Assembly (NCBI GenBank): GCA_965224705.1
Contig: OZ245056.1
Location: 2,336,001-2,400,000, forward strand
Direction of reading: 5' to 3'
Length of the DNA stretch: 64,000 bases
Source: Spirochaetaceae bacterium
GTDB taxonomy: Bacteria; Spirochaetota; Spirochaetia; DSM-2461
Both the position numbers and the translations under genes were made by a program. Positions within the stretch are counted from its first letter, which is position 1. Every line of letters starts with the position of its first letter. Under the pieces are notes generated by a model. The model did no database searches, had not been told where the DNA came from, and saw nothing but the letters and a program-made list of their open reading frames with translations. Below are positions 11,501-19,678 of this stretch, one piece after another.

Positions 11501-12107
11501 GACTGTCATTCAGTTTCGCTTCACTGCCTGCTATCTGTATTTGATATTTGTCCGCTCCTTCCACGGTAGTCCAGCTAAAGGTGGGGGTGGTGTCCGAGGT
11601 GCTGCTTCCATTGGCAGGACTCATGCCGTTTAACGCGTCATTTCCACTATCTTTTCTTCCCAGCGTAAACGACCGCCCCGCAGTCCACTTACCCCACTTA
11701 CCGTCCTTCTTTGCTGCAGCCCGCCAGTAGTAGGTAAGTTCACTGTTCAGCAATGCCGTTATGTTCATGATATTGCTCGACAGCGTTTCATTAATGTACA
11801 CAGGATTCCCGGAGAAACTATTGCTGGTGGATATTTCCAGCTTATACGCTTCGGCATTCAGAACCTCATAGACGACAAACTGCAGAGAGGCCATCTCCGC
11901 TCCGTCTTCGGTCACCGCTTCAATTTCATCCGCTGAGTCTACAACGGTGTAGGTTTGACCGTCTGTACCATCAAGGGCGGTTTTGTCTGGCAGAGAGCAG
12001 GCTGTTAGAAACAGGATGGGCGTGATGATAATCGCAGCCTGACGAATCAGTCCGAAACGATGGGATAACAGCCATACAAAAAGACATCTTGTGATTGCCT
12101 TGTTCAT
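5559..12107 (-). CDS. Large repetitive surface lipoprotein (about 19 Fn3-like repeats plus 3 C-terminal Ig-like repeats), probable adhesin
   Basis: Lipobox-like FLTA-C near the N-terminus; 95-97-aa units GLSPADG..TTPxFxW...YQIQIA...THYWRVRA...GxWS; three 101-aa units with LPDGISINPETGTI. Confidence 0.8.
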   Translation of the reverse strand: MNKAITRCLFVWLLSHRFGLIRQAAIIITPILFLTACSLPDKTALDGTDGQTYTVVDSADEIEAVTEDGAEMASLQFVVYEVLNAEAYKLEISTSNSFSGNPVYINETLSSNIMNITALLNSELTYYWRAAAKKDGKWGKWTAGRSFTLGRKDSGNDALNGMSPANGSSTSDTTPTFSWTTVEGADKYQIQIAGSEAKLNDSPAIDVEVSDTNYTTGEALTNLQTYYWRMRALNGDEEAGTWSVTYSLRIEFGAAISGLSPADGSSISDTMPAFSWNSVEGADKYQIQIADSEAELGSSSSVDVEVSGTDYTPVTKLTNLNTHYWRVRALSGDGQTGTWSATHSLLMRFGMGINGLSPADGSTTTDTTPAFGWNAVDGADEYQIQIADSEAELDSSPAVDVTGTVYTLETALTNFQTHYWRVRALNGSNQAGSWSAAYSLGVEFGATINGLSPANGSTMETAPAFEWDAVSGADKYQIQIADSEAKLDSNPDVNVEVNETEYTHGSTLTNLQTYYWRVRALNGNGQAGAWSETHSLRIEFGAAISGLSPADGSTTTDTMPAFSWNAVSGANKYQIQIAGSETELGSSSSVDAEVTGTEYTHGSALANLQTHYWRVRALNGSNQAGDWSATHSLQIEFGAAISGLGPTDGSTTADTTPTFVWTNLDGADKYQIQIADSEAELDGSPDVDVAGTVYTLETALTNFQTYYWRVRALDGSNQAGDWSAAYSLGVEFGAAINGLSPADGSNTAETSPAFGWNAVNEADRYQIQIADSESELDGSPAVDVTGTNYTPGSSLKNLQTHYWRVRALNGDGQAGVWSETYSLRIEFGAVINGLSPADGSNTLSTTPSFNWNAVSGANKYQIQIAGSEAELSSSSSIGVEVTGTEYTPAAALTNLQTHYWRVRALNGSNQAGDWSATHSLRIEFGAAINGLSPADGSTTADTTPTFVWTNLDGADKYQIQIAGSKAELDGSPAVDVTGTVYTLETALTNFQTHYWRVRALDGSNQAGDWSAAYSLGVEFGAAINGLSPDNGFTTTDTTPAFGWNAVSGADRYQIQIAGSKAELDGSPDIDVGVTGTGYTHGSALTNLQTHYWRVRALSNGQAGAWSETHSLGIEFGAAINGLSPADRSTTTDTTPAFGWTTVNEADRYQIQIADSESELDGSPAVDVTGTNYTPGSSLKNLQTHYWRVRALNGDGQAGVWSETYSLRIEFGAAINGLSPADGFSTTDTTPAFGWNAVSGANKYQIQIEDSEIELSNSSDIYAEVTGTDYTPVTALTNLQMHYWRVRALNSDGQAGAWSEAHSLRTTFGVTINGLSPADGFNTTDTTPAFGWTTVNEADRYQIQIADSESELDGSPAVDVTGTNYTPGSSLKNLQTHYWRVRALNGDGQAGVWSETYSLGIEFGAAINGLSPADGFSTTDTTPAFGWNAVSGANKYQIQIEDSEIELSNSSDIYAEVTGTDYTPVTALTNLQMHYWRVRALNSDGQAGAWSTAHSLRTTFGVTINGLSPADGFNTTDTTPAFGWTTVNEADRYQIQIADSESELDGSPAVDVTGTNYTPGSSLKNLQTHYWRVRALNGDGQAGVWSETYSLGIEFGAAINGLSPADGFSTTDTTPAFGWTTVSGADKYQIQIADSEAELDSSPAVDVTGTNYTPGSALTNLQTHYWRVRALNSDGQAGAWSTAHSLRIEFGAAMSGLNPADGSTTTDTTPAFGWTTVSGADRYQIQIADSESELDGSPAVDVTGTNYTPVTALANLHTHYWRVRALNAKGQTGAWSEAYSLRTEFGAAMNGLSPADNSTTADTTPTFSWNTVKGADKYQLQIANSEADLSSSSAVNVEVTAANYTHGLVLTNLYTHYWRVRALNSDGQAGAWSAIHSLQIQYTLPTDAILSYDNISVREGKSKSRTPQWSSSGFIVTYSMTPLNGGTLPDDISINPETGTITVGPSAAVQAYTAYQITAAGTGNWTGLKKASIIIRVNEQKQKELPTDAILSYDNISVREGGSKSRTPQWSSSGFTVTYSMTPLNGGTLPDGISINPETGTITVGPSAAVQAYTAYQITAAGTGNWTGLKKASIIIRVNEQKQKELPTDAILSYDNISVREGRSKSRTPQWSSSGFTVTYSMTPLNGGTLPDGISINPETGTITVGPSAAVQAYTAYQITAAGTGNWTGLKKASIIIRVNENK
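5562..6461 (-). repeat. Three near-identical 303-bp tandem coding repeats
   Basis: GTTAACACGTATAATGATGCTCGCC recurs at 5571, 5874 and 6177 (period 303 bp). Confidence 0.95.
6465..11635 (-). repeat. Array of 18 coding repeats of about 285-291 bp (Fn3-like), with a 576-bp higher-order unit
   Basis: GCACGCACTCGCCAGTAATG-like motif about every 288 bp; identical antisense ORFs start at 7346 and 7922. Confidence 0.93.
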
Positions 12108-12162
12108 CAGAATAATTCCTCCGGTTAATATATGTTAAATTGAATCTATCACAGCATTCGAG

Positions 12163-12263
12163 AATGCACAATACAATACAGAATAATGCAATGTAATGCT
12201 AAATAATGCAACACAATGCAATCATCGTGCTAAATAATGCAATAATTATGCTAAATAATGCAA
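12163..12263. repeat. AT-rich short-period repeat array upstream of the lipoprotein gene
   Basis: TGCTAAATAATGCAA exact at 12197, 12228 and 12249; AATGC-like cores about every 10-11 bp. Confidence 0.75.
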
Positions 12264-12525
12264 CATTGAATGATTTCGAATGGGCGGATGATTACATCCA
12301 CAAATGAGCAATGCCTTGATGATCGGGTTTATTTATTATCGTTGTCAAACCACTTAAGAAACGCCTGCATTTTTTTCCAGACGGTTTGCACCTGGTGCTT
12401 CGGGAGCGTTTTTTCTTTCCCGACGGAGCCGGAAATAACCGCATGGGATCTCTTCCGGCAGTGCTCAGCCGCCGACGATTATTCATGTCAGTCAAACAGG
12501 CGATCCTTTATTTAAAGGTTTGTGC

Positions 12526-12748
12526 AGTGTCAGGAAGCCTGTTGGATGAAACAATTGCTTCCATTAAAAGAATTAATATATTATGGAACAATATTTACAC
12601 AATAACTTGCTGGAGAGACTTCTCATCATTCCAGATGAGTAATTCACTGAATCACAACTATCAATGAGTATTGAACGACTGTATTGGGCAAGGATCCTCA
12701 CCTAACCGGATTACAATGAAACCAGGTCATAACAAGCTTCCTGACACT
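12526..12748. mobile_element. MITE family A, 223-bp copy
   Basis: TIRs AGTGTCAGGAAGCCTGTT...AACAAGCTTCCTGACACT; interior homologous to the copy at 13268. Confidence 0.85.
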
Positions 12749-12800
12749 GCATACGCCTGAGTTTGAACTTCGTCATTTGATGTCTGACATCTGGAATAAT

Positions 12801-12887
12801 CGGAGAGACAGGGATTCGAACCCTGGGTACCGTAAACGGTACAACGGATTTCGAGTCCGTCCGATTCAACCGCTCTCGCATCTCTCC
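12801..12887 (-). tRNA. tRNA-Ser(CGA)
   Basis: Reverse complement GGAGAGATG...ACGGA-CT-CGA-AA-TCCGT, long variable arm, GGTTCGAATCC...CTCTCCG. Confidence 0.95.
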
Positions 12888-12891
12888 CATT

Positions 12892-12964
12892 ATGCCCTGG
12901 AGGACTCGAACCTCCGACCTTCAGGTCCGCAACCTGACACTCTATCCAACTGAGCTAAGGGCAC
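12892..12964 (-). tRNA. tRNA-Arg(GCG)
   Basis: Reverse complement GTGCCCTTAGCTCAGTTGGATAGAG...TCAGG-TT-GCG-GA-CCTGA...GGTTCGAGTCC. Confidence 0.95.
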
Positions 12965-12983
12965 ATGATTGCTCACAGGAAAA

Positions 12984-13070
12984 CGGAGAGGGTGGGATTC
13001 GAACCCACGGTGCAGTCACCCACACAACTCCTTAGCAGGGAGCCCGATTCAGCCGCTCTCGCACCTCTCC
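12984..13070 (-). tRNA. tRNA-Ser(GCT)
   Basis: Anticodon arm GCTCC-CT-GCT-AA-GGAGT, long variable arm, GGTTCGAATCC. Confidence 0.95.
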
Positions 13071-13115
13071 AGAAATCTAATTATCCTGAGGATCCCTGTG
13101 AGCACCTCCAGGTAG

Positions 13116-13200
13116 CGGAGGGGGTGGGATTCGAACCCACGGTAAGTTGCCCTACACCGGTTTTCAAGACCGGCTCCATAAACCGCTCGGTCACCCCTCC
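13116..13200 (-). tRNA. tRNA-Ser(TGA)
   Basis: Anticodon arm CCGGT-CT-TGA-AA-ACCGG, long variable arm, GGTTCGAATCC. Confidence 0.95.
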
Positions 13201-13267
13201 TGTTTCAACACGTTAAACAATATGATGGTGCTGTGTCAATAAATCATTCCCTTCAACTTGCATATAG

Positions 13268-13489
13268 AGTGTCAGGAAGCTTGTAGAGATGAAGTGAAAG
13301 CAATCTTTACAAGGATAATATATTATGGATAAAGTAATTACAGTGGTATTTGATTGGCGTGATTTTTCAACTCTCAGAATGATTTTTCATCAAAACTATA
13401 ACCATAAGCAGTAAAAAAACTGCATCAGGCAGAAAACTTCATCTTACCCGGGTACAATGCAAACAGACACCTACAGGCTTCCTGACACT
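13268..13489. mobile_element. MITE family A, 222-bp copy
   Basis: TIRs AGTGTCAGGAAGCTTGTAG...CTACAGGCTTCCTGACACT; colinear with 12526-12748 (shared TAATATATTATGGA and TACAATG). Confidence 0.85.
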
Positions 13490-13542
13490 GTAAAAGAGAT
13501 TGATGTATCCTGTGATAAAGAATCCACAGACGGAGTGATTCA

Positions 13543-14388
13543 ATGCCGGATATCAGTGTTATCGTTCCCACGTTCAATAGATCAGAATTCGTTTGTCATG
13601 CTCTGGATTCCATTTTAATGCAAACATACAGGAATATGGAAGTGATTATTGTGGATGATGGGAGTACAGATAGCACTGAAGTTTGCATACGGGAGATAAT
13701 AACGAGGGAAGAACATGTTCCAATTCAGTATGTTAAAACGACCAGGCAGGGGGTGGCCTTTGCACGAAACATGGGTGTGAGTCAGTCGACTGGAAACTGG
13801 ATTGCCTTTCTCGATTCGGATGACAGGTGGATACCAGAAAAACTCAGCCGACAGATGGAGTTTCTTCGGGAGAATTCTGACAGCCGGATTGTCTATACCC
13901 AGGAACGCTGGATTCGTTCCGGTCGGCGGGTTAATCCTCCAGCGGTTTACAGAAAGTATTCAGGGGATGTTTTTGTCCATTGTCTGCCTGTATGTATGAT
14001 AGGAACTTCCTCTGTCTTAATGGAGAAAACTTTGTTCAGGGAAGTTGGAGAATTCGATGCAGAATATCCTGTGTGCGAAGATTACGAGCTCTGGCTGCGA
14101 ATTGCCAGCCTTCATCCGATAGCATTGATTGAAAAGGATCTGGTCTGGAAATATGGCGGTCATACAGATCAACTTTCAACCAATTATGTTGGAATTGATT
14201 ACTGGCGGATTAAAGCCCTGTGCGGGATTCTCCAGAAGAGAGATCTTTCAATGCCCCGTATGAAAGCTGTACATCAGGAGATAAGGCGTAAAGCAGACAT
14301 TCTTCTGAGAGGGAATAAAAAACATGGTAGAATCAGACAGAATGATGCCGTTATTTCCATGATCCGTGGAGTATGGCCGGAATTCTAA
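13543..14388 (+). CDS. Glycosyltransferase family 2
   Basis: ISVIVPTFNR, IIVDDGSTD, ARNMG, AFLDSDDRW, CEDYELWLR. Confidence 0.92.
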   Translation: MPDISVIVPTFNRSEFVCHALDSILMQTYRNMEVIIVDDGSTDSTEVCIREIITREEHVPIQYVKTTRQGVAFARNMGVSQSTGNWIAFLDSDDRWIPEKLSRQMEFLRENSDSRIVYTQERWIRSGRRVNPPAVYRKYSGDVFVHCLPVCMIGTSSVLMEKTLFREVGEFDAEYPVCEDYELWLRIASLHPIALIEKDLVWKYGGHTDQLSTNYVGIDYWRIKALCGILQKRDLSMPRMKAVHQEIRRKADILLRGNKKHGRIRQNDAVISMIRGVWPEF

Positions 14389-14936
14389 CCAGATTCAATT
14401 CCACGGTTGGAGAGGGCCAGCTTCTCAAGCTTGGGATCAATGACCGCACGGCAATACCCCTGATTGCGATTATTGTCATAGTAATACTGGTGGTAATCTT
14501 CAGCTGGCCAGAAAGTTTCCAGAGGAAGTATCCGGGTGACCAGGGAATCTGGAAAGGTACCAGATTTATCCATTTCAGCAAAGGATTTATCGGCGGCGGC
14601 TTTTTGAGATTCGTCGGTATAGAATATGACAGATCGGTATTGGGTGCCGATGTCATTGCCCTGCCGGTTCAGAGTGGAAGGATCATGGGCCTTCCAGAAA
14701 ACCTCCAGCAGGGCTGTCAGAGGACTGATTTCGGGGTTGTAGACAATTTCGACAACCTCGGCATGTCCACTTGTTCCGGAGCAGACCTGCTCATAACTCG
14801 GGTTTGTCAGATGACCTCCCGCATATCCTGGTCTGGTGGATTGCACTCCCGGTATTCGTCTGAAAATGGCTTCAATACACCAGAAACAACCGCCTCCCAA
14901 AACTATGATTTCGTGATTTCTGTCCATTACAGGCAT
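14385..14936 (-). CDS. msrA: Peptide-methionine (S)-S-oxide reductase
   Basis: GGGCFWC, GYAGG, GHAEVV, HDP.TLNRQGND.GTQYRS, AEDYHQYY. Confidence 0.97.
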   Translation of the reverse strand: MPVMDRNHEIIVLGGGCFWCIEAIFRRIPGVQSTRPGYAGGHLTNPSYEQVCSGTSGHAEVVEIVYNPEISPLTALLEVFWKAHDPSTLNRQGNDIGTQYRSVIFYTDESQKAAADKSFAEMDKSGTFPDSLVTRILPLETFWPAEDYHQYYYDNNRNQGYCRAVIDPKLEKLALSNRGIESG

Positions 14937-15030
14937 GATAATATAAAGACTTCTTGAATTCTACTTGTTTTGATCCACAGATTGATCAATACATCCTTCG
15001 AATCGGATACTTTCTTCTGAGCCAGACTCC

Positions 15031-16290
15031 ATGCTAAACTGCATCATGGATTTTCGACGTTATATTCCTGATACAGATGAAGAGGCTGTCTGCCGGATAT
15101 GGGAAGAATGCGGCTGGTTGGACCTTCAGGGAAAGAACAAGGATATTCTGCCTTCCTATCGGGCCTTTCTTGACTGTTCGGATGCGGAAGTTGCTCTCAG
15201 CGGCGGGGAAGCCGAGTGTCTGGTTACCACACATTCGGGAACTATTACCATGCTGGACACCGAACTGTCCCTGAGAGCTGTAACCAGTGTCACCGCAGGC
15301 AGGCCCGTCCGGCGTCTGGGTGCAGCCGGACAAATGACCGCCAGAGCCGTCATACGTGCTGGGGAGTTGGGGGAGGCATGCGCCGCCCTGGGTATTTTCG
15401 ACCAGGGTTATTATGACCGGTTCGGTTTCGGCACTTTTCCCTACGTTCATTCGGTGTCACTTGATCCTCTCAACCTCAATGTTCCCCGTTTAACCCGTAC
15501 CCCGATACGGTTAAGCAGGAAGGATATTCCCCGTATCACGGCCAATATCCGGGAGCGGCATTTTCATCACGGTCTGGTGAAGATCGTTCATGAAGGTTAT
15601 CTGTCCCTTTCGATGGCTGAGTTGGAAAACAGCTTTGGTCTGGGTTTTGAAAACGATGCGGGCCGTCTTACCCATCACATCTGGATTGAACCCAGAGGAG
15701 AAGAGAATGGCCCTTATGAAGTGAGCTGGTTTGTTTTCGAGAATTACACAGGTTTGATTGAACTATTATCTCTGCTGAAGAGTTTTGGTGACCAGGTCAA
15801 TATGATCAAAATGAACGAACCCTGGGGGATACAGCTGCAGGATCTGATGTTACGGCCCTTCCGCAGCCAGGAAATTTCCAGGGGCAGCAGCTATAAAACC
15901 GGCATTGTGGCCGAAGCTTACCAGCAGATCCGCATTCTCGATATGAACCAGTGCCTGGCACCGTTGAAGCTGACTGGCGGCGAAATCAGTTTCAACCTGG
16001 AACTCATCGACCCCATTGAGTCCTTTCTGCAAACTGATTTTTCCTGGAGAGGGATCGGGGGCGACTGGAACATTATCATGGGCGGGGAGGGTTCTGCTGC
16101 CGGATCCGGGAAGAAAGAGGGTTTGCCGCTGATGCGGGCCTCAGTCAACGATTTTACCCGCCTCATCTTCGGTGTTGCTCCTGCTTCGGGTCTGGCCGCA
16201 ACAGGGAATATCCAGGCCCCGGATACATTGCTGAGTTCCCTGGACCAGAAGCTGCGCCTGCCGGTTCCCAGCATGGAACAGGGCTTTTAA
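15031..16290 (+). CDS. Eis-like GNAT acetyltransferase (start may be ATG 15046)
   Basis: VTSVTAGRPVRRLGAAG acetyl-CoA loop and YYDRFGF; length and C-terminal SCP2-like region fit Eis architecture. Confidence 0.65.
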   Translation: MLNCIMDFRRYIPDTDEEAVCRIWEECGWLDLQGKNKDILPSYRAFLDCSDAEVALSGGEAECLVTTHSGTITMLDTELSLRAVTSVTAGRPVRRLGAAGQMTARAVIRAGELGEACAALGIFDQGYYDRFGFGTFPYVHSVSLDPLNLNVPRLTRTPIRLSRKDIPRITANIRERHFHHGLVKIVHEGYLSLSMAELENSFGLGFENDAGRLTHHIWIEPRGEENGPYEVSWFVFENYTGLIELLSLLKSFGDQVNMIKMNEPWGIQLQDLMLRPFRSQEISRGSSYKTGIVAEAYQQIRILDMNQCLAPLKLTGGEISFNLELIDPIESFLQTDFSWRGIGGDWNIIMGGEGSAAGSGKKEGLPLMRASVNDFTRLIFGVAPASGLAATGNIQAPDTLLSSLDQKLRLPVPSMEQGF

Positions 16291-16335
16291 CCCGGGCTGA
16301 CCGATCAGGGCAGGATACCGGAACAGGGATGTGTT

Positions 16336-18300
16336 TCAGGGCGAATACGATTCCAACTCCTCAAGCCATAATTGAACATCTGCATCTGATGGCATACGCC
16401 AATCACCCCGTGGGGAAAGGGCCAGAGTTCCCACTTTCGGTCCATCCGGCATACAGGATCGCTTGAACTGTTGGGAGAAGAAACGTCTGTAAAACGAACC
16501 AAGCCATTTCATGAGGGTTTGTGTATCGTAGGCATCGGCGAAGGCATTTCCAGCCATTCTTAAAATCTTTGCAGGACCGAAGCCATGGCGTATACAGTGA
16601 AAAAGAAAGAAATCATGAAGTTCGTATGGTCCAATGACCTCCTCTGTTTTCTGAACAATCCTGCCATTATCATCCGGAGGGAGGAGCTCCGGTGAAACTG
16701 GAGTATCAAGGATGTCCTGAAGGATAGATTTCACCTCAGGTGAAGTCCGGTTCTCAGAAGCCCAGTGTATCAGGTACTTTACCAGAGTTTTGGGAACACC
16801 GGCATTGACCGCATACATGGACATGTGGTCGCCGTTGTAGGTACACCAGCCCAGAGCCAGTTCGGAAAGATCGCCTGTACCAACGACAAGCCCGTTTAAC
16901 ATATTGGCCTGGTTCATCAGAATTGCCGTCCGGCAGCGGGCCTGGATGTTTTCATAAGCAGTATCAACCGGTTTTCCAGAATGACCCAATTCCCTCATCT
17001 GAGCCGTGCATGTTTCTCGAATATCAATGGTTTTTAGTGAGAGGCCCAAACCTGTGCAGAGTTTTTTAACGTTGTTCAGAGTACGGGGGCTTGTTCCGAA
17101 TCCTGGCATGGTGATGGCATGTATCCCTTCAAGGGGGTAGGACAGGTTCTGGAATGCCTGCAAGGTCACTAAAAGGGCCAGGGTGGAATCCAGACCGCCA
17201 GAGAGACCAATGACAGCATCTGTTATACCGGCATGTTCCATGCGGACTGCAAGACCTGTGGACTGGATGACTGAAATTTCATGGCATCGTGCTTCTCTTT
17301 CCTCAGGTTTGGCAGGGACGAATGGATGTGGATTGACCGGGCGAAATTCAGGGCCATGGTCAGTATTGTTCTTCTGAACCCGTCCGCTGAAATTTATGCT
17401 GCGATATGGCCGGTCCTTGAGTTCTTTCTGTAAGGCTGATCCAAAGGTTTGTGAAACCCGCCGTTCATGATCCAGTAATTCTGTATCGACGTCTGCCAGA
17501 ATCATGTCCGATTCGGTCTGAAATCGTCTGGATTCAGACAGGATGCACCCGTTCTCGGCAATCAGGGCATGACCACCGAAAACTGTATCGGTCGTGGATT
17601 CTCCTGTACCAGCCGAAACGTAAACGTAGCTGCAGAGGCATCGGGCCGATTGTTGAGAGACAAGGCTTCGGCGATAATCAGCCTTGCCAACCAGTTCATT
17701 GCTGGCCGACATATTGAAAATCAACTGGGCACCGGCCATGGCATGTCGGGATGATGGGGGAACAGGTACCCAGAGGTCTTCACATATTTCTACAGCGAAA
17801 CTTGCCTGTCTGTTGTTCTCATGCTGGAAGAGCAGGTTGGGGCCAAATGGTACTTTCTGGCCGGCAAAGCTTACCTCGTCAAATTGAGCTTCATCCCCTG
17901 AAGTGAACCAGCGATTCTCATAGTACTCCCGGGAGTTGGGGATGTAGGTTTTCGGGACCATGCCAAGAATGGAATTGCCGCCTCTGACCACAACGGCCAC
18001 GTTGTAAAGCCTTCCCTTCCGGGGAAATGGTAGACCAAATGCCATCAAAGCACTCCGGGCGGAAGTCTCATCAATGATGCGCGTGGCCTCATCCTCTGCC
18101 GATTTGAGAAGTTGTGACTGGAGAAATAAATCTCCACAGGAATAACCCGTTACCGCCAGTTCCGGGAAGAGAACGAAATCGGCCCCATTCTCACAGGCAT
18201 CTTGAAAACTATGTATTATGGCATCGGCATTGTCTCGTGCTGCAGCAGGTTTCACCTTTGGGATGACGGCGGCAACTCTGACGTAACCCATATTGATCAT
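16336..18300 (-). CDS. nadE: Glutamine-dependent NAD(+) synthetase
   Basis: Nitrilase domain (FPEL, PKTYIPN.REYYE.RWF, EICEDLW) plus GLSGGLDSTLALL, ENIQAR, GTGDLSELALGW, QQFKRSCMPDGPKV. Confidence 0.97.
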   Translation of the reverse strand: MINMGYVRVAAVIPKVKPAAARDNADAIIHSFQDACENGADFVLFPELAVTGYSCGDLFLQSQLLKSAEDEATRIIDETSARSALMAFGLPFPRKGRLYNVAVVVRGGNSILGMVPKTYIPNSREYYENRWFTSGDEAQFDEVSFAGQKVPFGPNLLFQHENNRQASFAVEICEDLWVPVPPSSRHAMAGAQLIFNMSASNELVGKADYRRSLVSQQSARCLCSYVYVSAGTGESTTDTVFGGHALIAENGCILSESRRFQTESDMILADVDTELLDHERRVSQTFGSALQKELKDRPYRSINFSGRVQKNNTDHGPEFRPVNPHPFVPAKPEEREARCHEISVIQSTGLAVRMEHAGITDAVIGLSGGLDSTLALLVTLQAFQNLSYPLEGIHAITMPGFGTSPRTLNNVKKLCTGLGLSLKTIDIRETCTAQMRELGHSGKPVDTAYENIQARCRTAILMNQANMLNGLVVGTGDLSELALGWCTYNGDHMSMYAVNAGVPKTLVKYLIHWASENRTSPEVKSILQDILDTPVSPELLPPDDNGRIVQKTEEVIGPYELHDFFLFHCIRHGFGPAKILRMAGNAFADAYDTQTLMKWLGSFYRRFFSQQFKRSCMPDGPKVGTLALSPRGDWRMPSDADVQLWLEELESYSP

Positions 18301-18364
18301 GGATTCATCTTATTGTCAGATAGGGATCGAGTCCACTGTATATGCAGGATTTCCTCCGGGTCGC

Positions 18365-19168
18365 TTAAAGATCCTGATAGGCCATACACCAGTTGTTCAT
18401 CAGAATACCAAAGGCCACTCCCACATTGAGGGAAGCCTTTGGACCTGGAAGGGATATACTCACTATACCTCCCCCGGCAACAGCTCTGTCCATCAGAGGG
18501 GGCGATACTCCCAGTTCTTCTGAACCAAGTACAACAGTTCCCGTCTCAGGAAATCTAAATTCCGAAATGTCTATGCCGCCGGTTTCAAGAGCATAGACCA
18601 CTCCGCAGTCTTCAGAGGTCAATTCATTCATTGCCTTTACGGCCCATGGGACTCCTTCTCCATACATCATCGCACTTCGGCGGGCTCGCTGATGATCCAG
18701 AGAAACGCAGTCGGGTGAAATCCATATCTTCTCTATACCAAAGGCCTGGGCGGTTCGTGCAATGGAACCTACATTGAATGGGCTCCGCAGACCATCAAGG
18801 TACACCCGTCCGCGAATACTGGATCTGATCTTTCCGGTCCCGGGAAATCCATCGCGTGGATATTGCGCATCCCAGTCGGCCCAGTCTTTTTCCAGAGCAT
18901 TCAGCATACTGTGCCTGAGAGTATTGAGTTCCCGGTAAATGGAAACTAAGGGAGAAAGATTTAAGGATTCCTGAATGTGGGAGGCTTGTTCTTTTATTTC
19001 TTCAATCCATGCATCATCTTCCTGAATAAGTCGAAGAAGATCTTTCAAAAAGGATGAATCGATTAATTCTCCATACGCAATGCTGGCTTCGAAATTCCGA
19101 ATGATCAGCACTGTCTTTCGCTGACGTGTCCCTTCTGGCAATGATGCCAGTTTCCTGAGGTTTATCAT
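18365..19168 (-). CDS. TrmH/SpoU family RNA methyltransferase
   Basis: LDGLRSPFNVGSIARTA, VLGSEELGVS, SLNVGVAFGI. Confidence 0.9.
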   Translation of the reverse strand: MINLRKLASLPEGTRQRKTVLIIRNFEASIAYGELIDSSFLKDLLRLIQEDDAWIEEIKEQASHIQESLNLSPLVSIYRELNTLRHSMLNALEKDWADWDAQYPRDGFPGTGKIRSSIRGRVYLDGLRSPFNVGSIARTAQAFGIEKIWISPDCVSLDHQRARRSAMMYGEGVPWAVKAMNELTSEDCGVVYALETGGIDISEFRFPETGTVVLGSEELGVSPPLMDRAVAGGGIVSISLPGPKASLNVGVAFGILMNNWCMAYQDL

Positions 19169-19365
19169 CAGGTTATTCCAGAGAATTCATTTTTATTAGT
19201 TTTTATTCGATCAATAATCATCAGATTCATACTGTATGAGGTTTCTAATTCAGGATCAAAACGTGGGAAATTTTCTAAATAGCGTGCAGTTTAACGTGTG
19301 AATACTGCTGATTGACAAATAATTCAAGTATGGGCAGAAGTCGATTAATAAGGCAGGTTTTGCTG

Positions 19366-19650
19366 TCAGACTCCAAATGCATCCATGATCTCATCAGCCA
19401 CGGCCTTAATAACAGCATCGTCCATATAGTTGGGGTCCTGCAGCTTATTCTTAACTTCTTCCACTCTATCCATGCGAACATCGGGAGTTGCCCGGACAAT
19501 GTCGCCGGTTTGCTGCAAGGCGGCAGAACGTCTTGCTTCTTCGGATACAGCAACTGAATCAGGAGAAATCTGCCTTGTTACCTTGTCTGGGTTATTTTTT
19601 TTGTTAATTCTGGCAACGGGATCAATCGGTCCCAGCCTGTCAATGGTCAT
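19366..19650 (-). CDS. flgM: Anti-sigma-28 factor FlgM
   Basis: 94 aa; DSVAVSEEA...PDVRMDRVEEVKNKLQDPNY pattern typical of spirochete FlgM. Confidence 0.8.
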   Translation of the reverse strand: MTIDRLGPIDPVARINKKNNPDKVTRQISPDSVAVSEEARRSAALQQTGDIVRATPDVRMDRVEEVKNKLQDPNYMDDAVIKAVADEIMDAFGV

Positions 19651-19678
19651 GTTTGCTCCTAACTCCGATTCATTTAAA

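Noticed and set aside
6834..11730. Many repeated plus-strand ORFs
   Set aside because: They are antisense to the repetitive lipoprotein and simply mirror its repeats.
12163..12263. Possible CRISPR array
   Set aside because: Repeats are only 15 bp, gaps are 6-16 bp and repeat-like, and there are no cas genes.
12965..13216. 83-aa ORF
   Set aside because: It is antisense to two tRNA-Ser genes.
14373..14957. 194-aa plus-strand ORF
   Set aside because: It is antisense to msrA, which has all canonical motifs.
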